NCBI GenBank assembly: GCA_028704885.1
Contig: JAQWEN010000001.1
Coordinates: 523,107-587,106, forward strand
DNA length: 64,000 nt
Origin: Candidatus Shapirobacteria bacterium
GTDB lineage: Bacteria; Patescibacteriota; Microgenomatia; UBA12405
Direction: 5' to 3'
The stretch's first letter is position 1. Every line of letters starts with the position of its first letter. Both the position numbers and the translations under genes were made by a program. Positions 28,060-36,927 of this stretch are shown piece by piece. The notes under the pieces are model-generated. The model saw only the letters and a list, made by a program, of their open reading frames with translations. It was not told the origin of the DNA and searched no databases.

Positions 28060-28065
28060 TATAAT
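28060..28065 (+). promoter_or_regulatory. -10 hexamer TATAAT 13 nt upstream of the duplicated tRNA-Gln 5' fragment
   Basis: TATAAT at 28060-28065. Its placement relative to the tRNA-like 5' end matches the tRNA-Glu and tRNA-Pro promoters. Confidence 0.3.
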
Positions 28066-28078
28066 AGGTTGTCTTTAA

Positions 28079-28154
28079 TGCTTCGTCGTTGCCGATTCGA
28101 TTAAAGTCGAATCGAGCATCCTCGATCTGAAGGATCGGGACTAATGGTAGGACA
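28079..28154 (+). pseudogene. Duplicated 5' fragment of tRNA-Gln (nt 1-25) split by a 51-nt hairpin-rich insertion
   Basis: tgcttcgtcgt (identical to tRNA-Gln nt 1-11), then a 51-nt insert with two internal palindromes (cgattcga...tcgaatcg; cctcgatc...gatcggg), then ctaatggtaggaca (identical to tRNA-Gln nt 12-25). Similarity ends after the D-arm. Confidence 0.55.
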
Positions 28155-28158
28155 AAAT

Positions 28159-28401
28159 ATGTATTACACTTATGTTTTAATTTCAGTAAAAGACAATTCT
28201 TATTACATCGGTTCAACTTCTAACATTGAACAAAGATTAAACTATCACAATACTGGAAGATCTAGCTACACAAAATTAAAAATGCCGTGGAATTTGGTAT
28301 ACTTTGAGGAATTTCAAACCCTTTCTTTAGCTAGAAAAAGAGAAACACAAATAAAAGCTTGGAAAAGCAGAAAAGCTATTGAAAGATTGATAAAAAAATA
28401 A
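28159..28401 (+). CDS. GIY-YIG nuclease-domain protein (YhbQ/UPF0213-like)
   Basis: MYYTYVLIS...YYIGSTSNIEQRLNYHN...R is a canonical GIY-YIG/URI domain of about 80 aa. The stop codon directly abuts nt 1 of tRNA-Gln. The listed ORF start at 28144 lies inside the tRNA-derived fragment, so the Met at 28159 is the more likely start. Confidence 0.8.
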   Translation: MYYTYVLISVKDNSYYIGSTSNIEQRLNYHNTGRSSYTKLKMPWNLVYFEEFQTLSLARKRETQIKAWKSRKAIERLIKK

Positions 28402-28472
28402 TGCTTCGTCGTCTAATGGTAGGACAGTCGGCTCTGAACCGACTAATTGTGGTTCGAATCCATACGAAGCAA
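28402..28472 (+). tRNA. tRNA-Gln (anticodon CUG)
   Basis: Hand-folded. U1-A72 acceptor (TGCTTCG/CGAAGCA), D-arm GTCT-AATGGTA-GGAC, anticodon stem GTCGG/CCGAC with loop CTCTGAA, T-arm TGTGG-TTCGAAT-CCATA, discriminator A. Confidence 0.85.
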
Positions 28473-28473
28473 C

Positions 28474-29044
28474 AAATATTGGTCGTAAAAAATAGTTTAT
28501 ACGGTAAATTTTGAAAATTACAGTCAAATAAAAAAAGGGCTTAACGTTGGTTTGTTGGTGGGTCGACAGAATGTCACCGCAAAACACGTATAAGCCCTTT
28601 ACTAGGAATGAAATGAGTTTGTGGGGTGGATAATCTGTTTATCATTAACGAGGTATTTAAAATAAAAACTGTTAATGATAACTGAATAAATTGGATTCAT
28701 TGACGGAGAGTGTTAAACGACTAAGTACAGATGCACATCTGTTTGTCGTAACACTACTTTGTCTTTCCCTCTGGAAGAGGAAAATTACCGAATAGGTATA
28801 TTCAGTTTTTTGGCCACGTCCGAGCTTTGGTTTCTCCGCAAAAGAGAAGAAAGTTTGGTTTTAACGGCCCTCCTTTCATAAATGAAAAGAATGAAAATAC
28901 CAGACAACTGAATCAACAATTTGGAAACGATGAAACACGCGCCACTTACTATAACATGAAGGTCAAAGAGCAACTGTTTAGAAGATCATCAAGATGATCT
29001 GATGTAATAATATGGCTTTTTAAAAGGAAAGAAAAGGGGGCAAA
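28474..29044. ncRNA. GC-enriched, highly structured 570-nt noncoding region; candidate large ncRNA or mobile-element remnant. Strand unknown
   Basis: No ORF over about 15 codons on either strand. GC is visibly higher than flanking DNA. Multiple perfect hairpins (aagggctta...taagccctt; gtttatcattaac/gttaatgataac; acagatgcacatctgt). Lies between convergent tRNA-Gln and the LCP gene. Confidence 0.3.
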
Positions 29045-30169
29045 TTAATTTAGATTAGAGGAACTAGTGGCAGTTGGTTGAGAAACAAAATTTTTAATAT
29101 CTGTCCAATTATTTTCGCCTATTTTTGGGATTAAAATAAATTGACCATCAAAACTTTTTGTATCAATTAAAAGATTATTATCGGTGATGGGATAGGACTC
29201 GATTTTGTAGCTTTGGTATTCATCAGCCTTACTAATTAATTGTTGCATTTGTTCTAAATTTATATCGGTAGTTAAATTGCCGGCTAAAGAATTTACAAAG
29301 GGAATTAATTTGGAAATAAAGTTTAAAGAAATAATTTTTTTCTTGAGAGCCTCGATGACTAATTTTTGACGGGCAGAACGATTGAAATCTCCTCCATCTT
29401 CTGGAGAATGACGGGAGCGAACAAATTTTAGAGCCGTAAGGCTATCCAGGTGTTGTAAGCCTTTGTCAAAATGAAGATTTTCATAGCGACAAGTAAACTG
29501 TTCTTCAAGTTTAGAAGCTGACATGGTGGCGGTTAAAGCAGCTATTTCTTCATCGGTTTTACCACAAGGATCATTTATATTTTCTTCAATTGGGTAAAGT
29601 GGATCATTAAAAGTTTTTTGAACATTAACATCAATGCCGCCAAGGGTATCAACTGTTTTTAAAAAACCATTAAAATTAATAGTGGCAAAATTATCAATAG
29701 AAAAACCCAAAACTTGAGACAAGACGGTTTTTGACATTTGACCACCACCAGCAAGACCAGTAAATTGAATTTCTTTATTTGGATAACGTTTATCATCAAG
29801 ACCAATAGTATAAGCCGCATTAATTTTTGACATTTTAGTAATACCGATAGCAACGGGAATTGGAATCCATAAATCACGAGGAATGGAAATTAATTTAATT
29901 TTTTTTTCGAGAGGAATAAATTGAGCTACTAAAATCGAGTCAGTTAGAGTGCCACCTTCGTGAACGCCACCGCCATAACCCATCAGAGCAATAGCAAATG
30001 GTTTATTAGGATCAGGAGTAGGAGTAACAGTGGGAGTAATTTCTTTAGAAATAGGATTTTTGTTTACTTTAACAACAACTTGGCGGTATTTTATAAAAGC
30101 AAAAATAGCAAAAAAAACAGCCACAGACAGGTTGAAAATAATAAAAACTATAAGAATTTTCTTGGCCAT
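29045..30169 (-). CDS. LytR-CpsA-Psr (LCP) family cell-wall polymer transferase
   Basis: N-terminal TM anchor, conserved LCP core (LISIPRDLWIPIP..., RSRHSPEDGGDFNRSARQ). Confidence 0.85.
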   Translation of the reverse strand: MAKKILIVFIIFNLSVAVFFAIFAFIKYRQVVVKVNKNPISKEITPTVTPTPDPNKPFAIALMGYGGGVHEGGTLTDSILVAQFIPLEKKIKLISIPRDLWIPIPVAIGITKMSKINAAYTIGLDDKRYPNKEIQFTGLAGGGQMSKTVLSQVLGFSIDNFATINFNGFLKTVDTLGGIDVNVQKTFNDPLYPIEENINDPCGKTDEEIAALTATMSASKLEEQFTCRYENLHFDKGLQHLDSLTALKFVRSRHSPEDGGDFNRSARQKLVIEALKKKIISLNFISKLIPFVNSLAGNLTTDINLEQMQQLISKADEYQSYKIESYPITDNNLLIDTKSFDGQFILIPKIGENNWTDIKNFVSQPTATSSSNLN

Positions 30170-30185
30170 TGGTTTATATTTTAGC

Positions 30186-31007
30186 TTATTTTTTGACTCG
30201 AATTCGATTCAAATATTTTTTTTCAAAACCATCGACGAAGTCTTTTTTGGATAATGGAACAAATTTTTGATAGATTTCAAAAAAATCTACCCATTGATCT
30301 AGATTTAATTGACTTGGTTTCAATTGATTAATTTTTAGGCTTTTATTAATGTTTTTAAATTGTTCATAAGAAAAAACTTTTTTATAAGCGTTGAAAATAT
30401 CTTCTTTCCATTGATTAAAACCAAAAATTACAAAATCGCGAAATTGTTGATAAATATCGGAGTCAATTGGATTTTGATCTTTTAGAATAAATTTAATAAA
30501 ACTAATATTTATTTGGGGTTTTGGGGTAAAAGCAGTTCGGTCAATTTGGCCTAAAATTTCAATATCGTAAAAAATTTTAGCAAGAATGGAATTTTGAGTT
30601 TCAATTTCAGCACCGACATATTTTTGAGCTGCTTCGGTTTGAAGAATTAAATAAATTTCAGTCGGTTTGTTTTCTGATTTGAGTAATTTATCAATAATTT
30701 CAGCGGTAATACTGAAAGGAATATTAGAAAAAATTTTATATGGTTTGTCTGGTAAATTCCAAATTAAAAAATCTTTATTGATAAGTTTTAATTTAGGGTC
30801 TTGGTTAAATTTTTCCAAAAGTCCTTGATATAAATCAGAGTCTTTTTCAATGGCAATTACCTCTTTAGCCCGGGAAAGTAATTGTTTAGTTATGATTCCC
30901 CTGCCTGGACCAATTTCGACAACTAAATCACTGGAATTAATAGAGCTAGCATTTAAAAGCTCTTTGACGACAAAAGGATCTTTAATAAAGTTTTGAGAAA
31001 GCAGCAT
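30186..31007 (-). CDS. rsmA: 16S rRNA (adenine1518/1519-N6)-dimethyltransferase RsmA/KsgA
   Basis: SAM-binding motif VVEIGPGRGIIT and NIPF motif. 273 aa. Confidence 0.9.
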   Translation of the reverse strand: MLLSQNFIKDPFVVKELLNASSINSSDLVVEIGPGRGIITKQLLSRAKEVIAIEKDSDLYQGLLEKFNQDPKLKLINKDFLIWNLPDKPYKIFSNIPFSITAEIIDKLLKSENKPTEIYLILQTEAAQKYVGAEIETQNSILAKIFYDIEILGQIDRTAFTPKPQINISFIKFILKDQNPIDSDIYQQFRDFVIFGFNQWKEDIFNAYKKVFSYEQFKNINKSLKINQLKPSQLNLDQWVDFFEIYQKFVPLSKKDFVDGFEKKYLNRIRVKK

Positions 31008-31537
31008 TAAAATTCTTCTGGTGGTAAATATTCTTCACCGGAATCACTAGAAACTTGATTGGCTTTGAGCCAAAGAACATAATCACAACCAGTGGCTTTT
31101 TTAGCTTCTCGATCCCAACCAGAGGTAGAGCATTTTTTCATTTTTTTACCATTGGCAGTAGTGAAAAGAACTAAAGGTTGGCCACATTTTGGACATTTTT
31201 CGTCTAGATTTTCAGTTGTACCATTGATCCATTCAACATAATCACAACCTTCAACTTTTTTAGTTTCTTTATTCCAGGTACCAGCACTACATTTCTTCAT
31301 TTTTTTACCAAATCGGGTAACTTGAAGAATTAGAGGAGCACCGCATTTAGGACATTTTTCGTCTAATTGTTGAGGTTCAACTTCGAGCCATTTAACATAA
31401 TCACAACCTTCGGTTTTATGGGTTTGAGGATTCCAAGAACCTTGGGAACAACGTTGAAGACGTTTACCAGTTGGAGTTTCAGTTACTTCACTTAATGGAG
31501 AATTACATTTTGGACAGAGATCTGTATTTTGAGTCAT
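31007..31537 (-). CDS. Triple tandem zinc-ribbon protein (topoisomerase-type C4 zinc-finger-like repeats)
   Basis: Three repeats of about 55 aa, each CPKCxxPL...GKKMKKCS..W.......GCDYVxW. The repeats are also visible at DNA level. Confidence 0.6.
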   Translation of the reverse strand: MTQNTDLCPKCNSPLSEVTETPTGKRLQRCSQGSWNPQTHKTEGCDYVKWLEVEPQQLDEKCPKCGAPLILQVTRFGKKMKKCSAGTWNKETKKVEGCDYVEWINGTTENLDEKCPKCGQPLVLFTTANGKKMKKCSTSGWDREAKKATGCDYVLWLKANQVSSDSGEEYLPPEEF

Positions 31538-31556
31538 ATTAATTATAGTAACACAA

Positions 31557-32285
31557 TTATTTTTGAGAGTTAGTTTTTTCAGCCATTAAATTGGCAACCC
31601 TTAATAATGAATCAAAAGTACCAGCATCTTCCCAAAGGGTATTAAAAACATTAACTTTTAATTCACCGTTTTTGAGATAAATATTATTAAGGTCAGTAAC
31701 TTCGATTTCACCACGAACAGATGGAGCTAAATTTTTAGCATATTCAACCACTCGATTATCATAAGTGTAAAGGCCAACAACGGCGTAATTACTTTTTGGA
31801 TTAACTGGTTTTTCTTCAATGGAAACGGCTTTCATATCTTTATCAAATTCAACCACACCAAAACGTTCTGGATCAGGAACCTGTTTGGCAAAAACCATGG
31901 CACCACCTTTGAAATTTTTAATTTCATTAGAAAAGTCTTGATCAAAAATGTTATCACCCAAAATCATAGTGACATCATCGTCACCGATAAACTCATCACC
32001 AATGATAAATGCATCAGCCAAACCTTTTGGTTCTTTTTGAACAGCATAGCTAAAATGAGCACCGAATTCTTTACCGTCACCTAAAAGATTTAAAAAATGA
32101 CCAGAATAATCCGGAGCAATGATAATTAAAATTTCAGTAATACCGGCTTTAATTAAAGTTTCGATTGGGTAAAAAATCATCGGTTTATTGTAAACTGGGA
32201 GAAGTTGTTTTGAAGTAATGGCAGTTAGAGGACGTAAACGGGTGGCTTTACCGCCAGCTAAAATAATTCCTTTCATATATATCAA
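31557..32285 (-). CDS. Sugar-phosphate nucleotidyltransferase (glucose-1-phosphate thymidylyl/uridylyltransferase-like)
   Basis: N-terminal GxGxR motif ([16 protein letters not shown]). 242 aa. Confidence 0.75.
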   Translation of the reverse strand: MIYMKGIILAGGKATRLRPLTAITSKQLLPVYNKPMIFYPIETLIKAGITEILIIIAPDYSGHFLNLLGDGKEFGAHFSYAVQKEPKGLADAFIIGDEFIGDDDVTMILGDNIFDQDFSNEIKNFKGGAMVFAKQVPDPERFGVVEFDKDMKAVSIEEKPVNPKSNYAVVGLYTYDNRVVEYAKNLAPSVRGEIEVTDLNNIYLKNGELKVNVFNTLWEDAGTFDSLLRVANLMAEKTNSQK

Positions 32286-32322
32286 ATTGGGTTAATTTGT
32301 AACTAAAGATATTTTACTATAT

Positions 32323-33513
32323 TTATTTCTTTTTGTTTTTCCAAATGAAAGTGTTGTACATAAACCAATTGTAAGGAAGAACCAAAAAGACGATTATAAA
32401 TGGTAATAAAAGTTGACGAGATACTCCTAAGTATTTAACGCCAAGTGAGCCAACTACAGTTTGAATTAATAAAGCACCCGCGGACGATAAATTGAATTGG
32501 AAAAATTTACCAATTAAGGCAACTGGACCAGAAATACTTTGTTTTTTAAATGTCCAAATATTATTAAGGGTAAAATTACTAACTATAGCCAATTCTGTGG
32601 ATAGTAACCAAGCTAACCATTCAATTGACCAAGATTTAGAAAAAACATTTAAGAATATGGCGTTTACTAAATAACCGACAAAACCAACCGTGCCAAATTT
32701 TAAAAACTTTTGAGTAAAATCATCAAACCATCGAAGTAAAATAGCGACCCGAAAAATATCTTTGGCAGTTTTGGCTTCAATCTTTGATTCACCGGCATTA
32801 CGAACATGAAATTGGAGAGGAACTTCTTTAAATTTGGCACCCATTTTGAGAGTCTCAAAAAGAAGTTGAAGTTTATAACCAAAACTTTTAGTAAGCAAAC
32901 GATCACCAGTCCAGTCCAAATCCATCTTGTCAATAAAACCTTTAACTCTAGTTACCTTTAATCCAGTAGTTGGATCGGTAACTTTGAAAAAGTTTTTGAA
33001 AGGAAAAAATAAAATAAAGCGAGCAACAAAACCACCAAATTCACTGAAGAAAACTCGTTTAAAACCCCAACCTTTGGGATTGGAACCACCTTTAACTTTA
33101 CGAGAACCAATGACATAGTCATAACCTTCTTCCATGGCTTTAAGCATTAAAGGAATGGTTTCTGGCGGATGTTGAAAATCACCATCAAATTCAAAAACAA
33201 AATCAGCATCTAGTTTATCAATAGCGTATTTGAAACCCTTTAAATAAGCAGCACCAATTCCATCTTTACTAGTTTCCGTCAAAAGGAAAGTATTATTGTA
33301 TTTTTTAGCTTCTTTTTCGACAACTTTACCGGTACCATCGGGAGAATTTCCATCAACAACTAAAATTTTCATATTCCAAGCTTCAGTTAAATCCCCTTTT
33401 TTAGCAATTATGTTAGGAAAAGTTTTGGAATTTAAATATTCAATCATGCGACCGATATTATCGGCTTCGTTATATGTTGGAATAACAATGACGGCGACAT
33501 TTTGTTGTTTCAT
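32323..33513 (-). CDS. Family 2 glycosyltransferase (polyprenol-phosphate sugar transferase-like) fused to a GtrA-like membrane domain
   Basis: GT2 N-terminus (VIVIPTYNEADNI), DxD region (DGDFQH). C-terminal 4-TM GtrA-like segment (GFVGYLVNAIFLNVF...). Confidence 0.8.
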   Translation of the reverse strand: MKQQNVAVIVIPTYNEADNIGRMIEYLNSKTFPNIIAKKGDLTEAWNMKILVVDGNSPDGTGKVVEKEAKKYNNTFLLTETSKDGIGAAYLKGFKYAIDKLDADFVFEFDGDFQHPPETIPLMLKAMEEGYDYVIGSRKVKGGSNPKGWGFKRVFFSEFGGFVARFILFFPFKNFFKVTDPTTGLKVTRVKGFIDKMDLDWTGDRLLTKSFGYKLQLLFETLKMGAKFKEVPLQFHVRNAGESKIEAKTAKDIFRVAILLRWFDDFTQKFLKFGTVGFVGYLVNAIFLNVFSKSWSIEWLAWLLSTELAIVSNFTLNNIWTFKKQSISGPVALIGKFFQFNLSSAGALLIQTVVGSLGVKYLGVSRQLLLPFIIVFLVLPYNWFMYNTFIWKNKKK

Positions 33514-33550
33514 ATTAAATCAGTATAACTCAAAATGGTAAAATATTGAT

Positions 33551-34231
33551 ATGAAAATAGATATTGTCACATTGTTCCCTAAAATGTTTGAATCACCTTT
33601 TGCAGAAAGTATTATCAAAAGGGCAGTAAAAAATAAAATAATTGACCTAAAAATTTATAATTTGAGAGATTGGGCTTTGGATAGTTATGGATCAGTCGAC
33701 GATAAACCATTTGGCGGTGATGTGGGAATGTTAATTAGACCAGAACCTGTGTTTAATGCTTTAGAATCAATCAAAAAAGAAACTGCCGGTAAAACAAAAA
33801 TAATTATGATGTCAGCTAGAGGAAAGAAATTTGATCAAGCAAAGGCTGAAGAACTAGCGAAGTTAGACAATTTAATTTTAATTGCTGGACATTATGAAGG
33901 ATTTGACCAAAGAATCTCTGATTTTATGGTAGATGAGGAAATATCGATAGGCGACTATGTATTAACCGGGGGTGAATTGCCAGCCATGGTAATTACTGAT
34001 GCAGTGTCTAGATTAGTACCGGGAGTATTAGGAAAAGATGAATCAAGTCAAATTGAAAGTTTCAGCCAGAGGCTGATTGCAGGTCAGATGGTAAGAACAA
34101 TAGAATATCCGCAATATACCAGGCCAAGAGAATTTATGGGGCATAAAGTTCCAGAAGTATTAGTTGGTGGTGATCCAAAAAAAATTAAAGAATGGCAGAT
34201 GGAACAAATCAGAAAAGGGTTCCAGAAATAA
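33551..34231 (+). CDS. trmD: tRNA (guanine37-N1)-methyltransferase TrmD
   Basis: SPOUT trefoil-knot motifs (ILIAGHYEGFDQR, VLTGGELPAMVITDA). 226 aa. Confidence 0.95.
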   Translation: MKIDIVTLFPKMFESPFAESIIKRAVKNKIIDLKIYNLRDWALDSYGSVDDKPFGGDVGMLIRPEPVFNALESIKKETAGKTKIIMMSARGKKFDQAKAEELAKLDNLILIAGHYEGFDQRISDFMVDEEISIGDYVLTGGELPAMVITDAVSRLVPGVLGKDESSQIESFSQRLIAGQMVRTIEYPQYTRPREFMGHKVPEVLVGGDPKKIKEWQMEQIRKGFQK

Positions 34232-34469
34232 AGACAATTCCAATTAAAATTATCAATAAATATTCTATAACGATTGATATCTGTAAATCGCCTCTTTTGT
34301 AATGATGGTAAAGACTCCAGCAAAAATAAACAATACCGACACTATAAATAATCCATCTTCTGGCTTGAGAATTATCGATAAAAAAATAAAGACAAAGACT
34401 AAAAATAAGACTAGTTAATAAAGCTATATATTCAACCGGTTTTTGTTTGACTTCTTTTGGAATGATCAT
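34209..34469 (-). CDS. Small hypothetical membrane protein
   Basis: 86 aa with two hydrophobic helices. Overlaps the trmD 3' end by about 20 nt on the opposite strand. Confidence 0.3.
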   Translation of the reverse strand: MIIPKEVKQKPVEYIALLTSLIFSLCLYFFIDNSQARRWIIYSVGIVYFCWSLYHHYKRGDLQISIVIEYLLIILIGIVFISGTLF

Positions 34470-35386
34470 TAAAAAATACTCCCTTGTTGGTTATAAAGCA
34501 TTAATAAAAAGATAAAAATCAAAAAACCAATATGTCCAATATTGGAACCGGTAAGACGATGGGTATTATTTTTTAACGTAATAAAGCCGTCAACAAAAAG
34601 AACTATAACCAGAACTATAAAAATAATGGAACCAAAAATTTTACTGAGAGTTAAAGGACTAATTAATTTTTTATTATTTCCGGCTAAAACTTCAGTATTT
34701 TTAATTTCCGGAATATCTATTGCCTGTGGAATTATGTCTGAGACAGGTTGAGTTACAGCTTCTGGTTCGACAGCATCACTGGTCTGTTTGGAAACGGTGG
34801 TTTTTGGTGCGGCTTGAGCTACAAGTGGAGTTCCAAAATGTTGGACAACCAGGGTCGTTTTAATACCTCCAAGAGTGCCATTTACAACAGCAATACCAAT
34901 TTCTTTGTATTTCGGATGGATAATATTAGCCTTGTGGGTAGGAGAATTCATCCAAGCTTTAATTAAAGAATCAGTGTCATAAAAGTCTTTGGCTAAATTT
35001 TCACCAGCAACAGAATATTTATAACCAGCGGCATCAAAAAAAGTCCAAGGAGTTTTGCCTTGAGGTGAATTGTGAGCCCAATAATCATTTTTAAACATAT
35101 CTTCGGCTTTTTTTCTGGCAGATTCGGAAAGAGTAGCACTGTATTGAAGGGGTTCTAATCCAGCATTTTTCCTTTCATTATTGGTTTGATCTAAAACTTT
35201 TTGATAAGTAATTTCCGAAGAATAACCAAGAATTCCCGGCTTAACCATAACCAGAGTTTTAATAACCGACTGATTTAGTAAATATAAAATTAAAAAGAAA
35301 AGTAAAAAATTGGGTTTCAAAAGAGTAGCCCGATGGTTATTCCTTTCCTGAGGAATAAAATAATGAGTCCATAATTTCTTCAACAC
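34469..35386 (-). CDS. CAP/SCP/PR1-like (YkwD-type) domain protein, membrane-associated
   Basis: CAP-domain motifs (NNERKNAGLEPLQYSATL..., YWAHNSPQGKTPWTF, GENLAKDF). TM segments at both ends. Confidence 0.6.
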   Translation of the reverse strand: MLKKLWTHYFIPQERNNHRATLLKPNFLLFFLILYLLNQSVIKTLVMVKPGILGYSSEITYQKVLDQTNNERKNAGLEPLQYSATLSESARKKAEDMFKNDYWAHNSPQGKTPWTFFDAAGYKYSVAGENLAKDFYDTDSLIKAWMNSPTHKANIIHPKYKEIGIAVVNGTLGGIKTTLVVQHFGTPLVAQAAPKTTVSKQTSDAVEPEAVTQPVSDIIPQAIDIPEIKNTEVLAGNNKKLISPLTLSKIFGSIIFIVLVIVLFVDGFITLKNNTHRLTGSNIGHIGFLIFIFLLMLYNQQGSIF

Positions 35387-35765
35387 ATTATTAGTATAGA
35401 TGATTTTTTTTGTTTTTCAAAAAACGAATTAAAAGACATATATATACCAAGCATTTATAGAATAATTACTTTTGAAAGTGATAATTTAATTAAAAATTGA
35501 TACATATTATTTATGTATATAGATATTAAACCATTTAAGTATATTTAATGTAATGTATCAACAAATTTTTTGTTTTTAAATATTGTAATATTTTTTATAA
35601 ATGTTAATAATATATGGTAAATAAGGTAATATATTAATTTTTAAAAATTAAATAAAACACTTGACAACTATTCTATAGTTATGGTTTTATCTAATGTTGA
35701 TTAATAATGGATAATAAAAATATTTGACAGAATTTGATCAATTTTATTAATTAATTAGAAAATAA
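35387..35765. promoter_or_regulatory. 380-bp extremely AT-rich intergenic region upstream of the tasA-like/sipW operon; contains TTGACA-type -35 candidates
   Basis: Longest AT-only intergenic stretch in the window. TTGACA occurs at about 35659 and 35724. No convincing -10 pairing was resolved. Confidence 0.3.
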
Positions 35766-36398
35766 ATGAAAAAAAATTTTTTTATTCCGATAATGATTAT
35801 TACTTTAGTGGGGATCGGCGCTGGAATAACACTAACTAGAGCTTTTTTTAGTGCTAGAAAAACAACCTCTGGCAGTAAATTTACAGCAGGAACATTAGAT
35901 TTAGCAATTGGACAAGGTATTTCTGATCCTTTCGTTGTGGAAAATATCGGTGCTGAAGGAAATATTAGTGGAGGTAAAACTTGGACAATTAGAAATACTG
36001 GATCACTTCCTGGCCGATTATATATGAAGCTTACTAATTTAAAAAATATCTCGTCTGGATGCATTAATGAACCAAAAACATTAGCCGATCCATTATGTGC
36101 TGAAACTAATCATGAGGGTAATTTGGGTAAAGTTGTAAAAACAAAAATAACACTTGATGGTGTTGATGTTATTACAAATAACACTTTATCAACTGCCGAC
36201 CAAGATAAATATGGTACTCAATGGAATAATTTAACTCCAGTGATAATACCTGCCGGCGGTTCAAAAACTGTGGCTTTAAATTGGAGTGCATCTCAAGATG
36301 ATTATGGTAATGAAATCCAAGGAGATAATACTCAATTTGATATTGAATATAATTTAGTTCAATTAGATGCTGCAGTTAGTCCTACCGTAACTCCATAA
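35766..36398 (+). CDS. TasA/camelysin-like secreted protein with a SipW-cognate-class signal peptide
   Basis: N-terminus MKKNFFIPIMIITLVGIGAGITLTRAFFSA...TAGTLDLAIG matches the TasA/CalY signal peptide (AFFSD...AGTLDL) cleaved by SipW. A SipW homologue is encoded immediately downstream. Confidence 0.6.
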   Translation: MKKNFFIPIMIITLVGIGAGITLTRAFFSARKTTSGSKFTAGTLDLAIGQGISDPFVVENIGAEGNISGGKTWTIRNTGSLPGRLYMKLTNLKNISSGCINEPKTLADPLCAETNHEGNLGKVVKTKITLDGVDVITNNTLSTADQDKYGTQWNNLTPVIIPAGGSKTVALNWSASQDDYGNEIQGDNTQFDIEYNLVQLDAAVSPTVTP

Positions 36399-36402
36399 TA
36401 GT

Positions 36403-36927
36403 TTGATAAAAATGAATAATATAAAAAAAATTCTTCATTTTTTATTTGGAACAGTTACATGGCTGGCCATAGGGATATTAATAATATCCCTATTGGCCGG
36501 TTTTTTGTCTAGTTCCAGTGTTTTAGGTAAATATCATTTATATATAGTGCAATCTGGATCAATGGAACCATCAATTATGACTGGTGATATTATTATTACC
36601 AGTTCTCAAAGAGACTATAAAAAAAATGAGGCTATTACATTTACTGATCCATCAATTGGTATTGTTACTCACCGAATTTGGGATATAACTGGTGATGGAA
36701 AAAATAAACGATTTTTGACAAAAGGTGATGCTAATCGCTCTGTTGATAGTAATAATATTTCTTTGTCACAAGTTATTGGAAAAGTAGTTGGTGTTTTGCC
36801 TAAATTGGGATATGTGGTGGTTTTTAGTCGTAAACCGCTTGGAGTGTTGTTGCTGATAGGAATACCAGCTGTTGTAATTATTTTTGAAGAAATTTTTAAA
36901 TTAAAAAAGGCAATTAATTCACAGTGA
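36403..36927 (+). CDS. sipW: Signal peptidase I, SipW-like (S26B, ER/archaeal type)
   Basis: Catalytic Ser box (VQSGSMEPSI), TxxGD, conserved His (THRIWD), C-terminal TM anchor. Confidence 0.8.
   Translation: MIKMNNIKKILHFLFGTVTWLAIGILIISLLAGFLSSSSVLGKYHLYIVQSGSMEPSIMTGDIIITSSQRDYKKNEAITFTDPSIGIVTHRIWDITGDGKNKRFLTKGDANRSVDSNNISLSQVIGKVVGVLPKLGYVVVFSRKPLGVLLLIGIPAVVIIFEEIFKLKKAINSQ

Noticed and set aside
28079-28472. Reading the duplicated tRNA-Gln fragment plus GIY-YIG ORF as a self-splicing group I intron within a tRNA
   Set aside because: The break is after the D-arm (nt 25), not in the anticodon loop where bacterial tRNA group I introns sit. The upstream fragment itself carries a 51-nt insertion. 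I could not identify P7/G-binding-site elements. The mobile-cassette or remnant interpretation was kept instead.
28474-29044. tmRNA or SRP RNA in the structured noncoding region
   Set aside because: There is no tRNA-like 3' end (T-arm plus ACCA), no tag-peptide reading frame ending in ...AA*, and no SRP domain-IV GGAAGCAG motif. It is kept only as an unclassified candidate ncRNA.
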